Shown here in pieces: positions 45,027-62,460 of a DNA stretch of 64,000 nt. Position numbers and translations under genes: made by a program. The first letter of the stretch is position 1, and the number at the start of each line of letters is the position of its first letter. Source of the DNA: Eledone cirrhosa (Eukaryota); NCBI GenBank assembly GCA_964016885.1, contig OZ024748.1:31682001-31746000 (forward strand). Reading direction: 5' to 3'. Below the pieces are notes generated by a model that saw only the letters and a list, made by a program, of their open reading frames with translations, was not told the origin of the DNA and did not search any database.

Positions 45027-45660
45027 AAGTGAGTCCTTCATCAGTGACCCTCCAACCGTCCTCGGCATTTTATCGCTTTAAGGGCCATATGCCTCAGGTT
45101 GGTGCGAACAACGGCTAAAAAAAGTCGTTGGGACACGTAAATAAAGGGGGACGCTAGAGTAACAACAAAAAGGGTTTAAGCAACGGAAAGTGAGTAGAAA
45201 TAGACAAGTCCCAGATCTCTATGAATATAAACTCTGTGAAATCGTGAACAAGAGACGAAAGACCATCGAACCTGGTAGAAATGTGAGCAAGGAAAGAATT
45301 TCGCCCAAGTTTGACGGGGGGAAAAAAGAGAGAGAGAGAGAAAGAAGAAGAAGAAGAAGAAGAAGAAGAAGAAGAAGAAGAAGAAGAAGAAGAAGAAGAA
45401 GAAGAAGAAGAAGAAGATAAGGAGGTCTGGTCTGCGAATTCGGTAAACGCAAGTTTTGTGAAGTCACAGACGAAAGAGAGAGAGAAAAAAAATTCCATAC
45501 CAGCTCGGTCAAGACTGCGCGAGAAAAGAATTACACACAGGTCAAACTTGAAGGAGGAGGAGGAAAGAGGAGGAGGAGAGGTAGTGACAGAGAATGAGTG
45601 AGTGAAAGTTGAGGAGAGGGTAACAGAGAGGGTAACAGAGAGGGAGACTGAGAGGGAGAC
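45022..45660 (-). mobile_element. non-coding element related to 40576-41132, with structured motif 45033-45134 and (GAA)n 45341-45417
   Basis: Colinear ~101-nt motif; pyrimidine-rich minus strand. Confidence 0.55.
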
Positions 45661-45706
45661 TATATATATATATATATATATATACATTGTATAAATATAT
45701 ATATAT

Positions 45707-45744
<38 letters not shown>

Positions 45745-45764
45745 ATATATATATATATATATAT

Positions 45765-45954
45765 ATAGGAACCAGTAAGACCCCGACAGCTGAGCTCAAG
45801 CCGTTTCGACGGCTAATTCTCAGAATTAGCCGTCGAAACGGCTTGAGCTCAGCTGTCAGGATCTTACTGGTTCCTATTACCCACTCTACTACCTCAAGTA
45901 TTGAGTACTTTGGTGCGTTATGGTCCACCTGGTTCCTTACCACATTTCCTTCGT

Positions 45955-45955
<1 letters not shown>
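45765..45955. repeat. 112-bp palindrome of the 3' half of the 17975-18068 HHR, plus tail
   Basis: ataggaaccagtaagacc..ctaattct-c-agaattag..ttactggttcctat. Confidence 0.88.
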
Positions 45956-45986
<31 letters not shown>

Positions 45987-46222
45987 ATATATATATATAT
46001 TGTATATATGTATCTATATATATATATATTGTATATATATATTGTATATATATATATTGTATATATATATATATATTGTATGTATGTATATATATATATA
46101 TATTGTATATATATATATCAAGTAAATATATATATATTGTATATATATATATTGTATATATTGTATATATATATATTTTATATATATATATATATTTTAT
46201 ATATTGTATATATATATATATC

Positions 46223-46254
<32 letters not shown>

Positions 46255-46291
46255 TGTATATATATATATACATATTGTATATATATATAAT

Positions 46292-47480
<1,189 letters not shown>

Positions 47481-47522
47481 ATATATATATATATATATAT
47501 TCTATATATATATTGTATATAT

Positions 47523-47552
<30 letters not shown>

Positions 47553-47558
<6 letters not shown>

Positions 47559-50500
47559 ATTAAATAAATGGAAAACTATATTTATAAAACCATATTTATT
47601 TCATTATATATATTTCGGGGATATCATATTAACAATATGCTATGCCTTCATCAGACAAAATACAATATAAACAGTTTTATAGATAAATATATTCGACATA
47701 CCGTAATAAACATCAACTTCATTTGAAGAGGTTTACGCTAGCAGTGAAAATACAGAGAGAAAGAAAGAGAGAAAGAAAAGAGGGAAAAAAAAAGAAAGAA
47801 AGACAAGACGAAGAAAAGGAAGAAAAAGAAGAAAAAGAAAAAGAAGAAATGCATGGGACAAAATAGAGAGATGGAAAAATAGATAAAGCGAAGAGCTTCA
47901 TGTAAAGAGACAGAAAGAGATATATATATATATATAGAGAGAGAGGAAATAGAGATAGATACATATATATATAGAGAAAATTAGGTAGTGGGAGGTCATT
48001 TTGAGTAAGTGTATCAATGATACATTTATTTATTTATTTATATATTTATTTAGCTCAAGTATTAATGTAAGGGAGATATATAGAGAGATATAGAGAGATA
48101 TAGAGAGAGAAAAAAAAATTTAAAAATAGCCAGACATATTCGAGGCGTAGAAAACCCCATGTTTTAATGTATTAGTATTTATAAAACTTACACTATATTG
48201 TAAATATCAGTATTCCTGAATGAAACAAGTATTCACAATGTGTGAAAATTCATTATCTTATGTTTAGTTTTAAAAAATTCACATGTTTATGTGACAGCTA
48301 CAAACATCAATGTGAATCCAACTGATTCACTCCGCAAACTCTAAATTACCGGAAAACATTCTCAATGTGGTATAAAAATTTGAGCGTATTATTATTCTTG
48401 CGATTACTCTACAAGATTATCTATCAAGCAGAAATAGAGAGCAGATTTCAATATACTAATCGAAAATATATATTATATTATAAACAAAGATAACAATAAT
48501 AATAATAATAAGTAAAAATATACAAAAAATATAGAATAGAAAACTAAAAAAAAAAAAAATTACGAAAGAATATTACATAATAAAAATATTGCATATTAAA
48601 AATACTACGTATTAAAAAATATTACGTATTAAAAATTTACATATAAAAATATTAAAAATAATTAAAAAATAAAATAAAAAATAAAAATATTATAGAATAC
48701 TACAATACTAAAAGAATAAAAATAAAAATAAAAATAAAAATAAAAATAAAAATAAAAATAAAAATAAAAATGAAAATAAAAAATAAACCACAAAGAACAA
48801 CCCTTCAAAGTTAATTGACAATATATTGCCAAGTTCATTACAAGACAAAGCCAAAAATTATCTATCAAATCACATCTAGCAAAGAATATCGCAAAAAGAT
48901 TATGATGTCCAATAATGTCTACATATGTTCCTATATTTAATATAGAAGTTTATCTAGTGTAAGGTTAATTCAAAAAAATTTGGAGCATCGGCTTTTAGGG
49001 TAGCTTAATTTTTCATGAGGAATGTTTAGATAAAAATAAAAATAAATAAAATAAAATAAACAATAAAAAGAGTAAAAAGAGGGAATCAAGGATTTAGGAA
49101 TCAAAAGATTTATCGGCTAGTTCTCATATAAATATAAATCAAACTAAATATACTACATTTTAAATTTAAATTTATATTTAAACGTTGAGTTTAATCTATG
49201 TTTGCAACAACTGAATAAATTTGTCCGTAGGTTAAGGGAATTTTTAGATTTTAGTATAAAGAATATCTCCTCTGCGCAGAGGTCACATGTCTCAGAGGAT
49301 GAATTAAAAGGAATCCCTCTTGAGACTATATTCCAAGCCGTCGAATATCTAACGTTATCTAGCTTAAGTTGCCAGAGTACGCCTGATAGTGCCGTTGAAG
49401 ATTTTTTGCTTGGATCTGTGAAAGAATTCTTGTGGTTATTATAGCGAAGTTTAAATTCCGTCGATGTGGAACCGACGTAGTTAAAAGAATTAGAGTCAGT
49501 ATTAACATTACAATTGTATACTATATTTTTAACTAAGCAGTTGTTATTTAACGGACATTTAGATCTATCTCTACAGTTACATTTGTTAACTTGTATATTA
49601 TTTATGCTATTATCAGTAGGTTTTAAGTTCCTATTATTTATTCTATTAATATTTTGTGCTAAATTTTTGGTGGATGAGTAGGTTAATTTAATTGTATGCC
49701 TATTGAAGATTGAGTGATACCTATGTGTTCTAGGGAAGCGATTATCAAGAGCTTTGAAAAATAATTTAGCGATGTGGGTTTTAATGTTTAGTGAGAAAGG
49801 GGGGCAAACCAAATTATGTTCCTAGTTCTATTTCTTTTTTGTCCTTTGGAATTATTGTAATGCTTTCTATTATAGTTGTTAATGTTGTTGCCGTAATTAA
49901 AAAAGTTGTTACTTTGTTTAGTTTGTCTATCATTATCTATGTACACAATCTTATCAGCATACCCTGCCCTAGCTAGTGCATCATTATAGTATTGGGCCTT
50001 TTCGTCAAAAATCTTTCTATTCGACGAGATCCTAGAGATACGTTTTTGGACTGAGTTTACTATAGTGTTTTTGACAGATCTGGGGTGGTTAGAGTTAAAG
50101 TTGACATAGTTTAAGTTTTCATTCAACTTGTGAAAAGGATGTGTTGAGATTTAATGTTATATCTAGGAAATTGACTATTCTATGGTTGTTCTCAATTTCT
50201 ATTTTAAGGTTAAAGTAATTAAAAAATTTTGTAATTTGTTTACATTTTCTATTTAGTTCAGGGTTATTATTATTAATAAGTAAAAGCATGTCATCCCTAT
50301 ATAAACCTCCGGTAGTACCTGGTATTTTCCTATGTAGCGAATTGATTAAAAATAAGCCCACAAGGTCAGTTACCTGAGCTGAGTCGGAAGATCCCATAGT
50401 TATGTCAAAATTGCTATCTCTATCTGCTCTGGTCCATAATTTGTCATTACATAATTTGTCATTACATAATTTGTCATTACATGAAGCTCTTCGCTTTATC

Positions 50501-50911
50501 TATTTTTCCATCTCTCTATTTTGTCCCATGCATTTCTTCTTTTTCTTTTTCTTCTTTTTCTTCCTTTTCTTCGTCTTGTCTTTCTTTCTTTTTTTCCCTC
50601 TTTTCTTTCTCTCTTTCTTTCTCTCTGTATTTTCACTGCTAGCGTAAACCTCTTCAAATGAAGTTGATGTTTATTACGGTATGTCGAATATATTTATCTA
50701 TAAAACTGTTTATATTGTATTTTGTCTGATGAAGGCATAGTATATTGTTAATATGATATCCCCGAAATATATATAATGAAATAAATATGGTTTTATAAAT
50801 ATAGTTTTCCATTTATTTAATATTGTAAATATACTCCAAATATTTGTCGAGTGCTTTTATATCAGTTATAAATATTTACTAGTTGTAACCCAACAATTTT
50901 AAATATAACTT

Positions 50912-50916
<5 letters not shown>
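47553..50916 (-). mobile_element. Naiad-like PLE family B with decayed ORF 49153-~50440 and inverted pLTR (47553-47903 / 50478-50826); HHR 50718-50783
   Basis: DITMGSSDSAQVTDL, GLYRDD, FLDI, IVYNC..YVGSTSTEFKLRYNNH, CDLC; core CTGATGA. Confidence 0.92.
49153..50436 (-). pseudogene. PLE RT/GIY-YIG, frameshifted
   Basis: ORF track 50119-50397, 49788-50126, 49153-49812. Confidence 0.9.
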
Positions 50917-50942
<26 letters not shown>

Positions 50943-51222
50943 TGTATATATACATATTGTATATATATATGTTGTATATATATATATTGTATATATATAT
51001 ATATTGTGTATATATTGTATATATATATATTGTATATATATATATTGTATATATATATATATTATGTATATATATATATTGTATATATATATATTGTATA
51101 TATATATTGTATATATATATATATATTGTATATATATATATTGTATATATATATATATTGTATATATATATATTGTATATATATATATATATTTTATATA
51201 TATATATTGTATATATATATAT

Positions 51223-51257
<35 letters not shown>

Positions 51258-51292
51258 TATATATATTGTATATATATATATATTGTATATAC

Positions 51293-51355
51293 AAGGGCGG
51301 TACCCCAGCATGGCCTCAGCCGGATGGCTGAAACAGGTAAAAGAGTAAAAGAGTA
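51293..51355 (+). mobile_element. 63-bp 3' tail of the CR1-like LINE
   Basis: Matches the reverse complement of 3264-3325. Confidence 0.85.
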
Positions 51356-51693
51356 TATATATACATATTGTATATATATATATATTGTATATATATATTG
51401 TATACATATATATATATTGTGTATATATTTATATATATATTGTATATATATATATATATTGTGTATATATATATATATTTTGTATATATATATATTGTGT
51501 ATATATATATATATATTGTGTATATATATATATATTGTATATATATATATATATTGTGTATATATATATATATATATTGTATATATATATATATTGTATA
51601 TATATATATATATTGTATATATATATATATATATTGTATATATATATATATTGTGTATATATATATATTGTATATATATATATATATTGTGTG

Positions 51694-51766
<73 letters not shown>

Positions 51767-51853
51767 AAAAATATATATATGTATATCGTATATATATATA
51801 TATATTGTATATATGTATATATATATATATTGTATATATGTATATATATATAT

Positions 51854-51931
<78 letters not shown>

Positions 51932-52417
51932 ATATATTGTATATATATATATTTTATATATTGTATATATATATGTTGTATATATATATATATATACTGT
52001 ATATATATATATATATTGTATATATATATACATTGTATATATATATATATATTGTATATATATATTGTATATATATTTTATATATATATATATATATATT
52101 GTATATATATATATTGTATATATATATATTGTATATATATATATATTGTATATATATATATTGTATATATATATATTGTATATATATATATATTGTATAT
52201 ATATATTTTGTATATATATATTGTGTATATATATATATTGTATAAATATATATATATATATATTGTATATATATATATTTTATATATATATTGTATATAA
52301 ATATATATTGTATATATATATATATTGTATATATATATATTGTATATATATTGTATATATATATATATTGTATATATATATATTGTATATATATATATAT
52401 ATTTTATATATATATAT

Positions 52418-52463
<46 letters not shown>

Positions 52464-52528
52464 ATATATATATATATAGTATATATATATATATATATTG
52501 CATATATATATATATTGTTATATATATA

Positions 52529-52601
<73 letters not shown>

Positions 52602-53023
52602 TATTTATATATATATATTGTATATATATATATATATTGTATATATATATATATTGTATATATAAATATATATATATAACATATATATATATATTGTATA
52701 TATATATATATATTGTATATATGTATATATATATATATATAGACATATTGTATATATATATATATATTGTATATATATATATATATTGTATACATATATA
52801 TATATTGTATATATATATATATATATTGTATATATATATTGAGTATATACATATATATATTGTATATATATATATATATATATATTGTATATATATATAT
52901 ATATTGTGTATATGTATATATATATTGTATATATATATATATATATATATATTGTATATATATATATATATATATATATTGTAAAAATATATATAGATAC
53001 ATATATATTGTATATATATATAT

Positions 53024-53059
<36 letters not shown>

Positions 53060-53368
53060 ATATATATATATATATATTGTATATATATATAAATATATTG
53101 TATATATATATATATTGTATATATATATATATACTGTATATATATAGATATATATTGTATATATGTATATATATATTGTATATATATATTGTATATATAT
53201 ATTGTATATAAACATATATTGTATATCTATATTGTATATATATATTGTATATATACATATATTGTATATATATATATATATTGTATATATATATATCTAT
53301 ATATATATTATATATTGTATGTATATATATATATATTTATATATATTTTATATATATATATATATATA

Positions 53369-53833
53369 TTTCCCGCTTCGTTACGCTATGAAACTTCCTC
53401 AGTCAAAAAACTGCTGGGATTTAAAATTTGGCGGTCATTCGATGCGTGAAGGTGCAGCTTAGCGGACACGATTTTTAACTGCGGTAAGAATTTTTTCTTA
53501 TTTCAAAGCTTAATGGGCTTCCACTGAAGATTTATAAGTGCCCACCTAAATATATTCTTACATGAATATATGTTAGGCTTCTACATAAACTGGAAACATT
53601 CTCCCAACTTGTAGAAAACTTATAATGAAACAATTGTTTCGAAAGAGAGATATATTTTAACTTTAATTATATCTCATAAAATAATACAACTGGCTTTCCA
53701 CAAAATACATATAGTTAGCACCCAAACACTTAAATTGGGTTATACTAACATATAACCAAATGTTTGTTGAGTGAGATGGTTACCAGTCGGAGTTTAGCGT
53801 TAAGCTATCTCTGTTATTGTATTAATTATTAAA
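53369..53833 (+). mobile_element. non-coding unit R4 with candidate HHR 53518-53645
   Basis: CTTCCA-CTGAAGA-TTTATAAG..CTTATAAT-GAAA-CAATTG-TT-TCGAAAG; stem I imperfect. Confidence 0.65.
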
Positions 53834-53847
53834 TATATTGTATATAT

Positions 53848-53884
<37 letters not shown>

Positions 53885-53933
53885 GTATATATATATATAT
53901 ATATAAAAATATATATATATATTGTATATATAT

Positions 53934-53977
<44 letters not shown>

Positions 53978-54487
53978 ATATATATATATTGTATATATAT
54001 TGTATATATATATATATACATATATATTGTATATATATATATTGTATATATATATATATTGTATATATATATATATATATATATAGTATATATACATTGT
54101 ATATATATATATTGTATATATGTATATATATATATACATATTGTATATATATATATATATTGTATATATATATATATTGTATACATATATATATATTGTG
54201 TATATATTTATATATATATTGTATATATATATATATTGTGTATATATATATATATTTTGTATATATATATATTGTGTATATATATATATATTTTATATAT
54301 ATATATTGTATATATATATATATTGTGTATATATATATATACGTATATATATATTGTATATATATATATATATATTGTATATATATATATATTGTATATA
54401 TATATATTGTGTATATATATATATATATATTGTATATATATATATATTGTGTATATATATATATTGTATATATATATATATTGTGTG

Positions 54488-54549
<62 letters not shown>

Positions 54550-54567
54550 ATATATATATATATATTT

Positions 54568-54600
<33 letters not shown>

Positions 54601-54733
54601 ATATATATTCTATTTATATATATATATTGTATATATATATATATATATTGTATATATATATATATTGTATATATATATATATTGTATATATATATTTTTT
54701 TTTTATATATATATTGTATATATATATATTGTA

Positions 54734-54765
<32 letters not shown>

Positions 54766-55326
54766 GACATATTGTATATATATATATATATTGTATATAT
54801 ATATATATATTGTATATATATATATTGTGTGTATATATAAATATATATGGTATATATATATATATTGTGTATATATATATATATATTGTATATATATATA
54901 TATATATATTGTAAAAATATATATAGATATATATATATTGTATATATATATATATATAAATATATTGTGGATATATATATATATATATATATTGTATATA
55001 TATATATATATAAATATTGTATATATATATATATATATTGTATATATATATAAATATATTGTATATATATATATATATATATATATTGTATATATATATA
55101 TATACTGTATATATATAGATATATATTGTATATATGTATATATATATTGTATATATATATTGTATATAAACATATATTGTATATCTATATTGTATATATA
55201 TATTGTATATATATATTGTATATATACATATATTGTATATATATATATATATTGTATATATATATATTTATATATATTGTATGTATATATATATATATTT
55301 ATATATATTTTATATATATATATATA

Positions 55327-55790
55327 TTTCCCGCTTCGTGACGCTATGAAACTTCCTCAGTCAAAAAACTGCTGGAATTTAAAATTTGGCGGTCATTCGA
55401 TGCGTGAAGGTGCAGCTTAGCGGACACGATTTTTAACTGCGGTAAGAATTTTTTCTTATTTCAAAGCTTAATGGGCTTCCACTGAAGATTTATAAGTGCC
55501 CACCTAAATATATTCTTACATGAATATATGTTAGGCTTCTACATAAACTGGAAACATTCTCCCTACTTGTAGAAAACTTATAATGAAACAATTGTTTCGA
55601 AAGAGAGATATATTTTAACTTTAATTATATCTCATAAAATAATACAACTGGCTTTCACAAAATACATATAGTTAGCACCCAAACACTTAAATTGGGTTAT
55701 ACTAACATATAACCTAATGTTTGTTGAGTGAGATGGTTACCTGTCGGAGTTTAGCGTTAAGCTATCTCTGTTATTGTATTAATTATTAAA
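55327..55790 (+). mobile_element. second R4 copy (offset 1958), candidate HHR 55476-55603
   Basis: Near-identical to 53369-53833 with the same ends. Confidence 0.65.
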
Positions 55791-55800
55791 TATATTGTAT

Positions 55801-55834
<34 letters not shown>

Positions 55835-55836
55835 TG

Positions 55837-55867
<31 letters not shown>

Positions 55868-55893
55868 TATATATATATATTGTATATATATAT

Positions 55894-55932
<39 letters not shown>

Positions 55933-55979
55933 TGTATATATATTTTATATATATATACATATATATTGTATATATATAT

Positions 55980-56010
<31 letters not shown>

Positions 56011-56066
56011 TGTATATATATCTATATATATATTGTATATATATATATATAATTATATATATATAT

Positions 56067-56186
<120 letters not shown>

Positions 56187-56230
56187 CGTATATATATATA
56201 TATATATTGTATATGTGTATATATAAATAT

Positions 56231-56272
<42 letters not shown>

Positions 56273-56290
56273 GTATACATATATATATAT

Positions 56291-56328
<38 letters not shown>

Positions 56329-56370
56329 GTATACATATATATATCTATTGTATATATATATATATATTGT

Positions 56371-59160
56371 GTTGCGTAACTATCTTTCTCCCATTACAGA
56401 GACTAATTAGTTGGAGTGAAAATTTTAGTAAGTAAGTTAATTTTTTATTTTTAAAATGTTCTTATTTTACGTCTTTCACATAATTTTTCTGCATCCCCCT
56501 GCATTGAACCACCTAGGTACTATGACATAACTTGTGTATTTGCTAGCATTAGTGTACATCTGTACGCATATGTTGGTAAATATACTAATTCTCTATATTT
56601 ATCTCCAAATTATTTATTTCTTGGGCAAAGTTGCCAAATCCACTACTAATTCATTGTAGTAGTAATAAGCTCTTGTCATTATACCATGCCACTCCTTCTG
56701 ACTAGCCTCAGTGTCACGTGATTAATTCTTTAGAATCTACCACTTGACCAGAGACAGTGAACTTTTTCAGTGCTATGGAATTCAGTCCCCGCTAGCTGTT
56801 CCATCCACCGAATTATTATTTTTATATGAGTCCCTAGTGTCCGCGCATTGCCTGGAGACTTAGCTGAGAATAGACTCCCTGATGACGTAATGAATTCTCG
56901 ATGGTTACGTTGCGTAACTATCTTTATCCCATTACAGAAACTAATTGGTTGTGGTGAAAATTTTAGTAAGAAAGTTAATTTTTAATTTTTTTAATTTTCT
57001 TATTTTACGTCTTTCATATAATTGTTCTGCATCCTCCTGCATTGTACCACCTAGGTACTATGACATAACTTGTGTATTTTCTAGCATTAGTGTACATCTG
57101 TATGCATATGTTGGTAAATATACTAATTCTCTATATTTATCTCCAAATAATTTATTCCTTGAGCAAACTTGCCAAATCCACTACTAAGTCATTGTATTAG
57201 TAGTAAGCTCTTGTCATACCATCCCACCCCTTCTGACTAGCCTCAGTGTCACGTGATTGATTCTTTAGAAACTACCACTTGACCAGAGACTGTGAACTTT
57301 TTCAGTGCTATGGAATTCAGTCGCCACTAGCTGTTCCATCCACCGAATTATTATTTTTATATGAGTCCCTAGTGTCCGCGCATTGCCTGGAGACTTAGCT
57401 GAGAATAGACTCCCTGATGACGTAATGAATTCTCGATGCTTACATTGCGTAACTATCTTTATCCCATTACAGAAACTAAATAGTTGGAGTGAAAATGTTA
57501 GTAAGTTAACTTTTAATTTTTAAAATTTTCTTATTTTACGTCTTTCATATAATTGTTCTGCATCCTCCTGCATTGAACCACCTAGGTACTATGACATAAC
57601 TTGTGTATTTGCTAGCATTAGTGTACATCTGTACGCATATGTTGGTAAATATACTAATTCTCTATATTTATCTCCAAATTATTTATTTCTTGAGCAAACT
57701 TACCAAATCCACTACTAAGTCATTGTAGTAGTAGTAGTAAGCTCTTGTCATTATACCATGCCACTCCTTCTGACTAGCCTCAGTGTTACGTGATTAATTC
57801 TTTAGAATCTACCACTTGACCAGAGACAGTGAACTTTTTCAGTGCTATGGAATTCAGTCCCCGCTAGCTGTTCCATCCACCGAATTATTATTTTTATATG
57901 AGTCCCTAGTGTCCGCGCATTGCCTGGAGACTTAACTGAGAATAGACTCCCTGATGACGTAATTAATTCTCGATGGTTACATTGCGTAACTATCTTTATC
58001 CCATTACAGAAACTAATTGGTTGGGGTGAAAATTTTAGTAAGAGAGTTAATTTTTAATTTTTAAAATTTTCTTATTTTACGTCTTTCATATAATTGTTCT
58101 GAATCCTCCTGCATTGAACCACCTAGGTACTATGACATAACTTGTGTATTTTCTAGCATTAGTGTACATCTGTATGCATATGTTGGTAAATATACTAATT
58201 CTCTATATTTATCTCCAAATTATTTATTTCTTGATCAAACTTGCCAAATCCACTACTAAGTCATTGTATTAGTAGTAAGCTCTTGTCATTATACCATCCC
58301 ACTCCTTCTGACTAGCCTCAGTGTCACGTGATTGATTCTTTAGAATCTACCACTTGACCAGAGACTGTGAACTTTTTCAGTGCTATGGAATTCAGTCCCC
58401 ACTAGCTGTTCCATCCACCGAATTATTATTTTTATATGAGTCCCTAGTGTCCGCGCATTGCCTGGAGACTTAGCTGAGAATAGACTCCCTGATGACGTAA
58501 TGAATTCTCGATGCTTACATTGCGTAACTATCTTTATCCCATTACAGAAACTAAATAGTTGGAGTGAAAATGTTAGTAAGATAATTTTTAATTTTTAAAA
58601 TTTTCTTATTTTACGTCTTTCATATAATTGTTCTGCATCCTCCTGCATTGAACCACCTAGGTACTATGACATAACTTGTGTATTTGCTAGCATTAGTGTA
58701 CATCTGTACGCATATGTTGGTAAATATACTAATTCTCTATATTTATCTCCAAATTATTTATTTCTTGAGCAAACTTGCCAAATCCACTACTAAGTCATTG
58801 TAGTAGTAGTAGTAAGCTCTTGTCATTATACCATCCCACTCCTTCTGACTAGCGTCAGTGTCACGTGATTGATTCTTTAGAATCTACCACTTGACCAGAG
58901 ACAGTGAACTTTTTCAGTGCTATGGAATTCAGTCCCCGCTAGCTGTTCCATCCACCGAATTATTATTTTTATATGAGTCCCTAGTGTCCGCGCATTGCCT
59001 GGAGACTTAGCTGAGAATAGACTCCCTGATGACGTAATGAATTCTCGATGGTTACATTGCGTAACTGTCTTTATCTCATTACAGAAACTAATTAGTTGGA
59101 GTGAAAATTTTAGTAAGTTAATTTTTAATTTTTAAAATTTTCTTATTTTACGTCTTTCAT
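56371..59160 (+). mobile_element. retrozyme-like family R3 tandem array, ~5.2 units of 535-538 bp, one HHR per unit
   Basis: CTGATGA cores at 56879, 57414, 57951, 58489, 59026; ACTCC/GGAGT stem I, GTAATG/CATTAC stem II, AACTAATTAGTT stem III. Confidence 0.92.
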
Positions 59161-59481
59161 ATATATATATATTGTGTGTGTATATATATATATATTGTAT
59201 ATATATATATATTGTATATATATATATATATATATTGTATATATGTATCTATATATATTGTATATATATATTGTATATATATATTGTATATTGTATAAAT
59301 ATATATATTGTATATATGTATATATATATATATATATTGTATATATATATATTTGTATATATATATATATTGTATGTATATATATATATTGTATATATGT
59401 ATATATATATATATATTGTATATATTGTATATATATATATTTTATATATATATATATTTTATATATTGTATATCTATATAT

Positions 59482-59910
<429 letters not shown>

Positions 59911-59964
59911 TTAAAAAATAATGAATAAAACAATGAAACAGTTCCTTATATTAAACAAAAAAAG

Positions 59965-60119
59965 TTCATTATTTAACGATCGTTTCTAGGATATATATGT
60001 GTTAGAATTGGCATGCATATTCAACAGATCTATGTACAAAATTATACAAAATTATACAAACTATCAAAATTAAATATACATATCAAACACATATATATGC
60101 CGTCTTCAGAAATAATGAA
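59965..60119 (-). ncRNA. type I hammerhead ribozyme with ~115-nt stem II domain
   Basis: Minus strand: TTCATTATTT-CTGAAGA-CGGCATATAT..ATATATCCTA-GAAA-CGATCG-TT-AAATAATGAA; 10-bp stem I. Confidence 0.85.
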
Positions 60120-60717
60120 ATATATTTATTGATAATAACAACAATTCAAAATTACAGGTCTGTTTGGGAACAGAGTTCAAATTGACCAATGAAAATACAA
60201 AAAGTTTATACAGTTAGGTCTGTGTATATATATGTAAGTAACTTCGTTCACAGATATGCATAAAGATATATGTTCACATGCATACGCATGCCAAAAAGAT
60301 GTATGTAAATACAAAAATTCAAGGCTAATGTCTCTGTATGTTTATAATCTACAGATAAAATACGTATACACATATAAATATAAAATAAATATATACACAC
60401 ATTCATATACTCACACATATACGTACATTCACACACACACGCGCGTATACGCATAAACATACACACAACCACGAACATACATACACACATACACCCCCAC
60501 ACACATATATATGTGTGTATATACTATTATCATATGGACATTAATGCGCGCACATAAACACTGCCACACATATTTAGATCCAGATACAGAAAGTAGGTGG
60601 GGGGGGGGGAGAAGAGGTCAGTATTCACCGGTGTCAACAGACTGCCTATTTATAAATGTATCTATAAACTTAGAAATAAAAAGAAAAGAAAAAGAAAAAA
60701 GAAATATATCAAGAAAG

Positions 60718-62460
<1,743 letters not shown>

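Noticed and set aside
45190-45601. poly-E/poly-R/poly-S ORFs
   Set aside because: (GAA)n microsatellite translations.
56371-59160. CRISPR array or simple satellite
   Set aside because: Whole 537-bp units repeat with no unique spacers; the hammerhead and a dispersed diverged copy indicate a retrozyme-like element.
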